Part shown: positions 25,440-37,574 of the stretch, in pieces
How the letters are laid out: each line of letters begins with the position of its first letter
Position numbering within the stretch: position 1 is the first letter of the stretch
Origin: Octopus bimaculoides
Lineage: Eukaryota
Direction of reading: 5' to 3'
NCBI RefSeq assembly: GCF_001194135.2
Contig: NC_068994.1
Span: 22,048,500 to 22,112,499, forward strand
Length of the DNA: 64,000 nucleotides
Notes under the pieces: generated by a model
What the model was told of the DNA's origin: nothing
Database searches by the model: none
What the model saw: the letters and a program-made list of their open reading frames with translations, nothing else
Position numbers and translations under genes: made by a program

Positions 25440-26110
25440 AGATGATGAGTGTGCTCATATGGGAGTGACCCAAGACCTTAGTTTGCGCATGTGTGAGCTG
25501 CACAAATGTTATGCAACAATAGTGGAAGAATTCAGCCTGCATTCATTGTCCTACAGCCTTAGCACAGGCCGATTCCTCTGACACACCACTCTGAATAACA
25601 TTACAAGGGGCCTCAATGAGGCTCACTTTCCATCTCAACTAGAGCCAGTAGGTCTTGACCATGGGAACAGTAAGTGCCCCAACAGAATCACCCATTTCCC
25701 ATTCGAGGGATGTAGATACTTAGTCTGGGATGTGATGTGCAGTGACACATTCTCTGATTCCAACTGTGCAGCATTCACTGCAAACCCAGGTGTTATCACC
25801 TGTGATGCAGAGGAGAGAAAGATCAACAAATACAAGGTCCTGACCAGCTGCTACCAGTTTGTGCCGGTCACCATCAAGATGTTAAGTGTTCTCAGACCCT
25901 GTACTACCAATTTCCTCCACAAAATAGGGATAATGTTGGCCCATCTGAGAAATGAGCTCCATGAAGTGGGATGGCTACTGCAGGGTGTGTTGCTGGCCAT
26001 TCTCTACAGCAATGCCATCGTGGTTATTATTGCAGGGGCATGGCTGAGCACACCATTTGTTCCAGCATGTGTGGCCCATCAACGCTCTTCTCCATCTTCT
26101 GCTGCTTTAC
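25440..26110 (+). mobile_element. Restriction-like-endonuclease (CRE-like) non-LTR retrotransposon 3' fragment
   Basis: PSQLEPVGL...YLVWDVMCSDTF...AEERKINKY...YQFVPV matches the RLE C-terminal pattern, with an upstream Cys/His knuckle remnant. Confidence 0.75.
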
Positions 26111-26174
26111 CCAACCTTTTTTTGTTTCTTTTCCTTCATAATCTTTCTTTTTTTCTTCCTGCTTCTTTGTACTT

Positions 26175-27178
26175 AAAGAGTGAAAGGTAGACTGTATGAT
26201 GCATGTGTGCGGACAGCCATGCTACACGGCAGTGAAACATGGGCCGTGACTGCTGAGGACATGTGTAAGCTTGCAAGAAATGAAGCTAGTATGCTTCACT
26301 GGATGTGTAATGTCAGTGCGCATGCATAACAGACTGTAAGTGCCCTGAGACACAACTGCGCTGGTATGGTCATATGTTATGAATGGATGAGGACAGTTGT
26401 GTGTAAAAGTGTCACACCCTGGCAGTAGAGGGAACCTGTGGAAGAGGTAGACCTGGGAAGACCTGGGATGAAATGGTGAAGCACAACCTTCGAATGTTGG
26501 GCCTCATGGAGGTGATGACGAACGAAAGAGACCTTTGGAGATGTGCTATGCTTGAGAAGACCCAACAAGCCAAATGAGACCATAACCATGGCCTGTACCA
26601 GTGTAGCATAACCAGCCCATTTAAGAGTACCCTTCAATCATTGGGCAATAAACTGCTTCAGAAGACCTGTTGAGTCAAGTGAAATCATTGTCATGGCCGA
26701 GACCAGTACCGCCTGACTGGCACACGTGCCAGTGGCATGTAAAAAGCACTATTCAAGCGTGGTCGATGCCAGTGCTGCCTGACTGATCCTGTGCTGGTGG
26801 CACGTAAAAAAGTATCATTCGAGTGTGGCTGTTGTCAGTGCCGCCTGACTGGCTCCTGTGATGGTGTCATGTAAAAAGCACTGTTTGAGTGTGTTCATTG
26901 CCGGTGCCACCTAACTGGCTCCTGTGCTAGTGGCATGTAAAAAGCATCATTCGAGCATGGTTGATGCCAGTACTGCCTGACAGGCCCTCGTGCCGGTGGC
27001 ATGTAAAAAGCACCCACTACACTCTCAGAATAGTTGGCACTAGGAAGGGCATCCAGATGTAGAAACCTTGCCAGATCAGATTGGAGCCTGGTACAGTCTT
27101 CTGGCTTGCCAGTCTTCAGTAAAAACCGTCCAACCCATACCAGCATGGAAAGTGGACGTCAAACAATGATGATGGTGT
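26175..27178 (+). mobile_element. RTE LINE 3' end with 66-bp tandem array and SINE-shared tail
   Basis: RLYDACVRTAMLHGSETWAVT, GRGRPGKTW motifs; tail ends in GAT repeats. Confidence 0.85.
26702..27013 (+). repeat. Minisatellite, ~4.7 x 66 bp
   Basis: Units start at 26702, 26768, 26834, 26900, 26965 (GCCAGT.C.GCCTGACTGG...GGCATGTAAAAAGCA). Confidence 0.9.
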
Positions 27179-27549
27179 TGTATAATTGACTGTAGAAATA
27201 AAGATTTAAGAAACAAAATTGAAAGAGAACAGACAAAAAAGCTAGCTATCAAATAAAGAACAGGAATTAGCAAAAAAATCAAGATAATAGAGTATCATAT
27301 TACATACAGAACAAGGCCAATAGCAACAAAGTCATGCAAACGGAATGAGTTCAGTGTAGGCATTATATATAAATTAGGGCAGAGAAGGTTTCACAGTATC
27401 ACAAGGAAGATTAGAATGTGAGTTATCTTGTGAGATACATAAATGATTCATACTGCCATACTCTACCTAATATCCAATAGTGTCAGACTTATACACATAT
27501 GCAGAGAAAAACAACAATTACTGAGACAAAGACATTCCTATTATATTCT

Positions 27550-27895
27550 TTTACTTGTTTCAGTCATTAGACTGCGGTCATGCTGGGGCACTGTCTTGAA
27601 GGATTTAGTTGAACAAATCGACCCCACTACTTTTTTTAAGCCTGGTATTTCTATCAGTCTCTTTTTAATGCACCACTAAGTTACAGGGATGTAAACAAAC
27701 CAACACCAGTTCTCAGAAGTGGTGGGGGTCAATCACAAACACACATAGACTACACACACACACACAAGGAGCTTTTTCAGTTTATATCCATCAAATCCAA
27801 GGCCTTGGTCAGCCCAGGGCTATAGTGGACAACACTTGCCCAAGGTGCCAAGCAGTGGAACAGAATCCAAATCAATGTGGTTAGGAAGTAAGCTG
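27550..27895 (-). mobile_element. SINE family B
   Basis: Homologous to 58410-58795. Confidence 0.8.
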
Positions 27896-28029
27896 CACCT
27901 TTTAATATAATACAGAAGAGAAAAAAAGACAATAACAATAACTGTAGTGGTGGTGGTGGTGGTGGTGGTAGGAGGAGGAGGAGGAGGAGGAGGAGAAGAA
28001 TTGTTAACACACTAGACAAAATTCTTAGC

Positions 28030-28220
28030 AGCATTTTGTCTTTATGCTCTGAGTTCTAATTCCACCAAGGTCAACTCTGCCTTTCATCCTTTCAGGGTTG
28101 ATGAAATAAGTACCAGCTGCATACCAAAGTTGATGAAACAAGTGCCTGTTGCATACCAAGGTTGATGTAATCAACAAGCTTCCTCCCACTAAAATTTCAG
28201 GCCTTAAGCTTATAATAGAA
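28030..28220 (+). mobile_element. SINE family A, ending at the Tx1 LINE 5' junction
   Basis: GAGTTCTAATTCC B-box, GCCTTTCATCCTTTCAGGG core, ends ...ATAGAA. Confidence 0.8.
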
Positions 28221-31200
28221 CACCACCTTCACCAGCACTACCACTTACATCAATAGACACAAACAACACATATCTTGTGACACATCTTAGAGACAAAACA
28301 GACATCACAATAGAAGATTTTGTCTTCTCAATGCAAAACACAGCACCACCACAAATACAAATTCTAAAAGCCACACAAAACATATACAACACCATAAAAA
28401 CAAACTTTCCAGAAGCTGTTGGGTCATTTGAGAGAAACCTCTGTAAACAACTTTACCAAAACCTTGTGGAAATACCAACACCAAACAAGAAGGGGACCAC
28501 CCCACCAGAAAACAATGGTAAGTAGAGCTCTTCTCCATCCTAAATATTTATTATTTTTAGCATGGTCATGCTCAGAATCGGTAGTATGAATGTCAGGGGC
28601 CTTGGGTAACCTCTTAAACGACCTGAGGTCCATCAGTGTAGATGGAGCAGCCATTAGTGAAACCAGGCTTTCTGACCCACGGGACTTCATGGCCCTTTTC
28701 GATGGATATGAAATTTTCCTATCTCTGTATCGGCCAGGAGGTGGTAGTGGTGGTACCGTGGTGCTTTTCCGGAAAGGCCTGGATCTGAAAATAAAAGCAA
28801 TCTTCCTGGATCCAGAAAGTAAGATGGTGGTCTTAGATGTGAACAGCAGTGACGGCGGTGCCTTCAGACTGGTGGCTGCCTATGCTCCAACAGGGGTAGG
28901 GCAGTCAGATTACTTCAAGTATCTGGAGGTTTTCCTGGCAATGTCTCAGACTTTAGTGCTACTAGGGGATTGGAACACTATCTTAGAGGAATGTTTCGAT
29001 CATGTGGGAGTCTCTGATAAGAGATGCGGGTGCAAAAGCTTCACAAACCTGCTCAGACGTTTTCAATTGTCTGACAGGTACCAACTAGATAACCCGATTG
29101 TGCCAATGTAGACTTAAACAAATTGCATCGGGTCATCTAGATCGTATTTAGATAGAGTTTTTTGTAAGCCAGCAGATAAAGACAGTATAGGTTATCCACA
29201 ATTTCATATAGTCGGTTACACAGACCACAAATTTGTGATCTGTACAATCGACTTAGATAGGCTCCATAGGCAGGGTCCCAGTTAGTGGAAGCTGAAAACA
29301 TCGTTATTGGCATACCAAGCTTACAGAGACCAGATTAGTCTTTTAGTGAAGAGAGTGTTGACAGGGACAATCGTCAACTACAACTGGTGGTTTATTCTTA
29401 AAACGGCAATTAGAGTAGAATCAAATAGGTTTAGTAAGGCATTAGCAGTAAAGAGAAATAAAATAGAGGAAGATTCAGTTAGAAAGTTAGATGAGGTGCT
29501 TAGGACAGGCATCACAACCGACATGTTGACGGCAAAGTTGAACCTTGACCAATTTTTTGACGCCAAACATGAAGGCTGCATTGTCAGAGTTAAGGCACAT
29601 CTACTAAGCAGGGAGGGGACTAAGACCACTTGATGGGCCCAAGTGGCAGAGGCAAAATGTGGCAACAAAGCCACCATTAGGTCTTTAGTGGACCAGAACG
29701 GGTGCAAGGTATTTGAACCAAAGCAGATGTGTGCGGCCTTTCAGCAGCACCTTGCTCGACTGTTTGGAACGAGTGATAGTATGGGTAACAGGAGAGACTT
29801 TGGTGTGTACTTGGATGGCCTGCTGCAACTCTCAGTCAGCAAGGCAGAGTGCTGCAAAAGACCAATAACAGCCTGGGAAGTACAGGAAGCGATGAAAAGC
29901 TGCACAAGAGGCAGATCACCGGGTTTGGATGGTCTGCCCTATGAGCTTTATAGTTCAATGCCAGACTTGTTTGCGGGCCTCTTAGCAGACGTATAGCTCA
30001 AGTGGCAACAAAATGGGAGAATCCCCACTTTTGTTTGTCGAGAGCTGGTGGCACTGCTGAGAAAGGACCGAAACAAGAGGGATATTATAAAAAATTTTAG
30101 GTCCATCACTCTGCTCAATGCGGAGTCAAAGATTTTGGCCAAGGTGTTAGCCAAGAGGTTGGTGCTTGTTGTGGACAAGCTGATTGGCAAGGTGCAAACA
30201 TGTGTCATCCCAACCAGGACTATTTGTGACAACCTCCACCTCATGCACTACATCATAGAGAGGGTGGGTAACAATGCTGGCATGGGTGGAGTTTTGATCA
30301 ATTTAGATCAATTTAAAGCCTTTGATCAGGTCAACCATCAATACTTGGCAGCTGTTCTCAGAGCTGCCAGTTTCAGTCCGGTCTTCTATGGTTGGATTGG
30401 TGCTTTGTACAGCGGCATCCGCTCAGGTGAATGGTCACCATTCAGAACCATACAGCATCTTGTACTCAGTCCAACAAGGGTGCCCTCTCTCTTCTTTTCT
30501 GTATGTACTAATACTTGAGCCACTACTGTGGAAGTTGGAGGTACTGAGGGGTGTTCTGCAAGATTTAGGGTGTGGGAGAAGCATGTCTGCTTACGCTGAT
30601 GACATCACCATGATAGTGTCAAGCTACAGGCATGTAGACCTGATTGGCAACACACAACAAGAATATGAAGCAGTGACAGAAGCAAAAATGAACACAGAAA
30701 AATCAGTGGGCTTGCAACTTGGCACCTGGAGAAGCAAGCCAATGCCATCCAACAATGTCGTCAGGCACTGGACAGACGGTTTGGTTAAAAAATTGCTCAG
30801 GGTCTGGTTCAGTCTGGATCTCCAGGTGCAGAAAAACTGGGATGAGGTGGTGAGCATCCATCATCTATTACTGCTTGATCATCGTCCCTTGCTTCATTTG
30901 CTGGTTGACCAAGCTGGTGCACTTACTCTTTCGCTTTCCGTGGAAGGGGCATGTTCCACTGGTCAGGTGCTCAATCTGCTGTCATCAGCCTCTGAATGGA
31001 GGGGTGGGTATGCTGTGGTTGCTGATGTGCAGAAATGTACTCAGGCTATGGCATCTCCACCATTTTCTGGATGGTGAGCAGGTGTGGTTGCTGTTTGTCA
31101 GACTCGCTCTTCCACAGCTCGTCTCTTTGACTGAGCTGCAATCCTGGATTAGGTGTAGACCAAGGAAGGGTGCTTGGCACCTTGAGTGCCGTTGAGCACT

Positions 31201-32065
31201 CACAGCCCTCAGCCAGGCAGGCAATGCGATCAGTAGTAGTTTCACCCTAGTGTTCTATAGAGGGTTAGTGGAGGAAAAGTGTGACATCATTCTCAGGTAA
31301 ACTCTAGGCATCAATGAGGATCAACTTACTGGTCTGTTCTGGAGAACTTTCAGGCCAGGGTCTATCGTTAACTTCCAGAAATCCCTCACCTGGCAGTGCT
31401 ACTGATGGGTGCTGCTCATTTGGGATAAACTTTCCAGGTACAGAAGTGCTGTCAGCCAGACTTGCCCGAGGTGCGCTCAAAGTGATGAAACTGTTCTGCA
31501 TGCACTTGTCCAGTGCCTGAGCATTGCTGACCTGTGGGTTTATGTTGAACAGCTGCTGTTGTGTGTAGGACAGATCCAGCTATCGGCTGAATCCATAGTG
31601 AAGATTGCCCTGCCGGCCTCCTTTAACAGGGAGGGGCAGGCAACCTTCATTTGTCTGGTGGCTGTAGCAAAAGAGGTAGTACGGTGGACTTGTTTGAAAG
31701 TCAGACACTTTCCTCTTTGGCCAAACTCTCATCAACTTTTTCAAGTTTCACTTGAAAAGGAAAGTGAGGGTGGAGAGGGAGGTGTTGTCTTCTAGCAAAT
31801 TTATTGAAAGGTGGGTGGATGTTGGAAAAATGGCCAGTGTGAATGGACCAATTCTGAGAATACACCTGTACAAAGTATAAAAGGAGAACAGTTCTTGCCC
31901 TGTTGGTCAGGTACCCGTGGCTTTTGTGGGGTTTACCACAAGTAATCATTAAAGCACCTCCCCCTATTGGGAGTTTTACTTGTTACCTCTTTCTTGTTAT
32001 TTAATGTTTACACAAATGTGGAAACCCTTTATATCGTCTTTTCATTATTATTATTATTATTATTA
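28221..32065 (+). mobile_element. Tx1/L1-clade LINE: ORF1 C-terminus plus disrupted ORF2 (APE, RT, Cys motif), (ATT)n end
   Basis: MNVRGL, ISET, AYAP, LGDWN endonuclease motifs; SPGLDGLPYELY, SITLLNAESKILAK, QGCPLS, YADD, CPRC..SDETVLH; several stops and frameshifts. Confidence 0.93.
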
Positions 32066-32079
32066 CTTTTATAATAATT

Positions 32080-32410
32080 AATTCTGTCTAATTTTGGCAC
32101 AAGGCCAGCAATTTTAGGGGGAGAGAGATGGCTACTTGACTGAACAACAACAACATGCTAAATATAAGACAAAAAACAGTAAAGCAAATACAAAGCAATT
32201 ATAATTATGTTAATAATTCTTTCTAATTTTGGTACAAAGCCAATTGTAGGGGAAGGGGTGAGTTGATTATCTTGACCCAGTGCTCAATAGGTACTTATTT
32301 AATTGACACTGAAAGGATGAAAGGCATCTGAATTCAAAATGTAAATCCAGAAGAAAAGCTGCTAAGCATTTTGTCCAACATGCTAACAATTCTGCCAGAT
32401 CACTGCATTT
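32080..32410 (-). mobile_element. SINE family A (one partial plus one near-full copy)
   Basis: TTTTGGCACAAGGCCAGC ends and AGGATGAAAGGC core in reverse. Confidence 0.75.
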
Positions 32411-33026
32411 AAAATTATACTAATAATTCAAAGAATAATGAAATTATAAACAATAACAAGAAATGTAAAATTTAATCAATAAAACAATATAGATAAGACC
32501 AATAAAAACAACCACTAAGATAACAATAGTTACTGTAATGATATATATCATTATATTATAGTAAGAACATTGTTTCAGTAAATGTAAGAGTTACAGAATG
32601 AATAAACTGTATACATAATAGTACTTTGGTTCATATTGTGTGCGTACATGATTTGCTGCACGTTACTCTACACAGGATCTTTACATCTAAATTGAGAAAA
32701 GGAAGAGCAACAAAAAAAAAAGAAAGAAAGAAAAGAAAGGAGGCATAAATTATAGAAGCTCATAAATTTCCATAAATTTACATGACATGTGAATAAACCA
32801 GAATCTATCCCACTTGTTAATGGTTCACTGACAACTATGAACTCTGAAAAATGTAGTAACCACTTTATTTAATGTCTGCAATTAATAATTCATTCATTTC
32901 ACTTATTTAGTAAGTATTAATTACCAGCAATAAGATCTGGAAATGCCATGTGTGCAAAACACATAAATATACATAAATATATATATGAGTAAATGCGCTA
33001 AGCAGTGTTTACATATAATCACAATA

Positions 33027-33325
33027 TAGGTTAGTTGAAATATGTTTGTCACTACTAGTGCAAATCAGTCAATGTGTTGGCTGAATTATATATAAAGCTA
33101 TAAGCTTTGTCAGTTCGTTGAGGGTTACCCCTCTCAGGTACATCTGATTGACAAGTCAACAAACTCGAAACATCAATGTCTCAGATTCCCGAGAGAGGGT
33201 GACACTGAACGAAAGGGGTGTTTTCACACCTTTTTACCATAAGAGAGAATTTTTTCTCCATGGCAACTGCAGTGTATTTGCCTTTAGAAGTTGAGATGTG
33301 AGACAAACATATTTCAACTAACCTA
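33027..33325. mobile_element. MITE with perfect 24-bp TIRs
   Basis: TAGGTTAGTTGAAATATGTTTGTC (33027-33050) and its exact reverse complement (33302-33325). Confidence 0.8.
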
Positions 33326-33614
33326 AATTATATATATATATAAGTATTGTTACCATTATATACAGTAATAATGAGGCGGCTAGCAAGTTTCTACCTATAC
33401 AGGTACAAAAACTGTAAGAATGTAGTTGTGTAAAGCCAGAACAATCTGAGATAGTAAAAAGTAGACTACCAAAAGAGAATGAAACAGAACAAAGTTGCAG
33501 TTTTACCTTGTATTTCTATATTTTGGAGTGAAGACCCCTTCTTCAGGACAAAGAGAAAAAAACAGTAGTTGGAAAAGGTTGCTGCTTAGAGCAACAAACT
33601 TATATATATATGTT

Positions 33615-33925
33615 GTTGTTGTTGGCACTCCATCGCTTACAACGTTGAGGGTTCCAGTTGATCCGATCAACGGAACAGCTTGCCCGTGAAATTAACGTGC
33701 AAGTGGCTGAGCACTCCACAGACATGTGTACCCTTAACGTAGTTCTCGGGGACATTCAGCGTGACATAGTGTGACAAGGCTGACCCTTTGAATTACAGGC
33801 ACAACAGAAACAGGAAGTAAGAGTGAGAGAAAGTTGTGGTGAAAGAGTACAGCAGGGTTCGCCACCATCCCCTGCCGGAGCCTCGCGGAGCTTTTAGGTG
33901 TTTTCGCTCAATAAACACTCACAGA
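33615..33925 (-). mobile_element. GC-rich interspersed repeat (SINE-like)
   Basis: CpG-rich block bounded by microsatellites; resembles a recalled abundant octopus repeat, not verified. Confidence 0.5.
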
Positions 33926-33974
33926 TATATATATATATATATCTATATATATATATATATTTATATATTTATAT

Positions 33975-34370
33975 ACAGGGTGCAGCAAAATGATAACACA
34001 GTTGTAGGTTTAATAAAAGTAAAATAGAGTAAAGAACAAAAAATGTGTTTTATTTCCGAAATGTACATATAATGCCACTTCGTTTCAATAGGTGCAACTT
34101 GTGACATTTTGTTTCATTTTACTTTCAGTTGCCAATATATATATTGGACGGGCGAGCATCATGCTTTCATTGTGGAGACATGAAGAACAACGAATCCGTA
34201 TGTGCAACACGAAGAGCATTCCGTGTGCACTTAAGGCTTGGTAGCTATGATCTTGTACCTACTCGGGGTTCATACTTCATTTGGGGTCCATACTTCTTCG
34301 AAGAAGACAATGTTACAGTGACTGTGAACTCTGTCAGACAGGACCTTGATGTCTGCCATGATGCAGGAAA
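33975..34370 (+). mobile_element. Tc1/mariner-superfamily relic
   Basis: TA-CAGGGTG terminus; ATRRAFRVH...VPTR and GPYFFEE..VTVNS motifs. Confidence 0.65.
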
Positions 34371-34719
34371 GTATACTAGTCCTTATATATTTAATACTCT
34401 ATATTTAATACTCAATATTTCATATATTCAATAAAACATTCAATACTTCATTTCATTTTACTATTTATATTATATATTCCATATTGATAGGTGTATGCAC
34501 TTGTATATGCCAGATAGTGGCAGAGGTGAGAGAATATATCAAACATAAATTAAAAACAGAACACAAAGGACATTGCAGTACATGTGTTTCAAGCTTTATA
34601 AACCTATTATAATGGATAATACTAAGTGTACTTTTTCTTTTGTGATGTAATCTTTGGACTAAAAATTGATGGCGGCTGAAGAGAGCTTTAAACCGTGCTG
34701 AACAACTTTTAATAAACAA

Positions 34720-34915
34720 AGTTGTACAATCTGAAGTAAGAAAACAACATAGAAACCTTGTGACAGTATGGCTTGACGATAAGAAGGCATTCGACTATCG
34801 CTCGTTCATGGCTGTTGAAGTGCCTACATCTGGTAAAAGTACCTACACTCTAATTGCTGCTATAGAGAGACTCACAAAGACATGGACAACAATTCTCACC
34901 CTTCCAAATGAGAAC
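34720..34915 (+). mobile_element. R4/Dong-like RT fragment
   Basis: RNLVTVWLDDKKAFD / SWLLKCLHLVKVP / LIAAIERLTKTWTTIL across two frameshifts. Confidence 0.65.
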
Positions 34916-35104
34916 AGACAAAGTTCACTGACAAAGTTCTGTGATGCAGCAAAGAACTTTGTCAGTGAACAGGCCGCGGTCTCAAAGTGACGAAAATATT
35001 TTGACAAATTAAATTTAAATGTTGAAGTGAATCTAACGGTTTTGTGTGTTATTTTAAATGGCTTATAAACACCTTCCATGCTGCAATTGTATATATATAT
35101 ATAT

Positions 35105-35286
35105 NNNNNNNNNNNNNNNNNNNNNNNNNNNNNNNNNNNNNNNNNNNNNNNNNNNNNNNNNNNNNNNNNNNNNNNNNNNNNNNNNNNNNNNNNNNNNNNN
35201 NNNNNNNNNNNNNNNNNNNNNNNNNNNNNNNNNNNNNNNNNNNNNNNNNNNNNNNNNNNNNNNNNNNNNNNNNNNNNNNNNNNNNN
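35105..35286. other. Assembly gap
   Basis: 182 N flanked by (TA)n. Confidence 1.
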
Positions 35287-35429
35287 TATATATACACATA
35301 CATGCATACACATATATATACACACACACATATACACACACACACACACATATATACACACACACATATATATACATACACACACACACACGTATAGTGA
35401 GAATTTACAAAAAAAACAAAAGAGGAAGA

Positions 35430-37045
35430 TGGGTGTGTAAACAGCAAACAGATGTATTAGTTTAATGCTCGGGAAGTGAGAAAGTCTTTTTTCGCTTTTG
35501 AGCCTATGCTCTTCAACAAAAAGGAACACTGGAATAAACAGAGCAAGAGAGGAGAGGTGGGTAGGAGGAAGAAGGTGAGAGAGGAAGAAAGGAAAGGAGG
35601 CGGGTAAGATGAAGAGGGGAGGAGAGTCAATCCCATATGGCATAAAGGAGCAAAGAAAGAAGATTAATCCCTGTTCACGGTGAAGATGGAAGTCCGGATG
35701 GACCCTGTACAAAGACAATCCAAACACAGACAGGTGTTGTAAAGAATGACCAGTAGAGTGGAAATGGCATGAGACCGGGGTGTCGTTGCCAAGTCTGATG
35801 TCTCGGAGGTGTTCCGTGAACTGGTCAGCCAAGTGGCATCCCGTTTGACCGATGTATAGAGAAGGACAGAGAGAGCAGGAGATGCAGTAGATGACGCTGC
35901 TAGAAGTGCAGGTGAAGGAATCAGTGATATGTTAGGGTCGATGATGGGTACCTGTGAGGAAGGTGATGTTGGAGAGGTAAGGGCAAGTGTGGCAGTNNNN
36001 NNNNNNNNNNNNNNNNNNNNNNNNNNNNNNNNNNNNNNNNNNNNNNNNNNNNNNNNNNNNNNNNNNNNNNNNNNNNNNNNNNNNNNNNNNNNNNNNNNNN
36101 NNNNNNNNNNNNNNNNNNNNNNNNNNNNNNNNNNNNNNNNNNNNNNNNNNNNNNNNNNNNNNNNNNNNNNNNNNNNNNNNNNNNNNNNNNNNNNNNNNNN
36201 NNNNNNNNNNNNNNNNNNNNNNNNNNNNNNNNNNNNNNNTGAAGGGGTCGGAAGGCTCGGAGAATGGTGCGCTGGAGAGGTAAGATGGTGGGGTGGTAGG
36301 TGAGGGGAAATGGGAGGCGGGAGACAGCAGGGCAGGTTCAGGGGAAGAGAGCAGATGCACGGTCCACGGAACGTGCTCTGGCAAGGGCAGTGTGGATAGT
36401 GGTGAGGGGATATCCATGTAGGATGAAGTGGTAAGCCATGAGTTGAGACTGAGTCTCAAAGTCATGGTCATCACTGCAGAGCCTGCATAGATGAAGGAAT
36501 TGGGAATAGGGGATGGAGAGCTTGGTGTGTTTAGAGTAGGAGGGGGAGAAGCTGAGGTATGAGTGTGAGTCTGTGTGTTTGTAGTGGATGGAGGTGGTGA
36601 GAGTGGAGTGATGAATGCTGACCAAAATGTCGAGAAAGGCAATGGAAGTGTCGGAAATAGTGCAGGAGAAGTGGAGGGCAGGATGGAAAGATTTGACAAA
36701 AGAGAGGAAGGAGTCTAGATGTTCATGGGAGAGTGAGGTTGCACTGAGGTCGTCAATATAACGACCATATAGTTCGGGAGTGGGACCAGTGAAACTTGAG
36801 AATATTTGGGCCTCAACGTAGCCTATGGCCATTCCTGAGATATGCTGGTAAAAATCACCCGCAAACAAGAAGCAGTTAAGTGAGAGGACAAGTTCAGCTA
36901 GACAAAGGAATGTGGATGTGTCAGGTTGGAGGTTGGGTCGAAGGTCAAGGAAATGTTGGAGTGCATGCAGCCCCTCATGGTGAGGGATCACTGTGTATAG
37001 GCTCCTGATGTCAAGAGAGAAGAGATGTTTAGAGGGGCCAGGAAG
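35430..37045 (-). mobile_element. Penelope-like element (Neptune/Poseidon-type) with RT and GIY-YIG endonuclease; contains a gap
   Basis: ORF 36338-36991 has YGRYIDD, FLDI, SIPYSQF; downstream VIYCISCSLCPSLYIGQTG...EHLRDIR...PVSCHF. Confidence 0.9.
35997..36239. other. Assembly gap inside the Penelope-like element
   Basis: 243 N. Confidence 1.
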
Positions 37046-37574
37046 GAAGGAGAAATATATACATACACATACGTATATATATAGTCGTATTGAGAGAGAT
37101 GGCTTTGTACCAAGTGATGAGAGGTTAGAGTATGAATAGAAGAACAGAAACAGGTGTCTTGCAGAGGAAGGGAAAATGGCTAATCCAGTTAGAAAGAGAG
37201 AGTGGGGGGAGAGGAGAGGAAAGTGAAAGAAGATAAAGATGTGTCGGTGGAGATATACAAGTGAAATAGTTCAGAGGACTGGATAAGATGATTCGGCAGG
37301 TAAGTTTGCAAGTGTACAAAAGTGGGAGCTAGAAAAAGGACACAGTGAATGGTGAACACAGGTATCAGAACTAGCAAAATAATGTAGTTGATTGCATAAT
37401 CACAAATGTTACACTCCTGTACTGAACGCTTTGGGTGTTACTGTAATGGCACAAACCAGAAGAAATACTCATAACAGATATGCACATATTTCAAGATTGT
37501 AAAAAATCAAGTTCTAATGCAGAATATACAAAGATCCTTCAAACTTAACAAATCCAATTCACCAATATACATAC

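Noticed and set aside
26702-27013. CRISPR-like regular array
   Set aside because: Whole 66-bp units are homologous with no unique spacers, no cas genes, eukaryotic LINE context.
28030-28220. tRNA gene (A/B-box-like motifs here and in other copies)
   Set aside because: No cloverleaf; these are tRNA-derived SINE heads.
32687-32688. 2-nt microexon candidate (TTTAG|AT|GTAAAG)
   Set aside because: Tested combinations give stops or need unsupported partners; likely chance.
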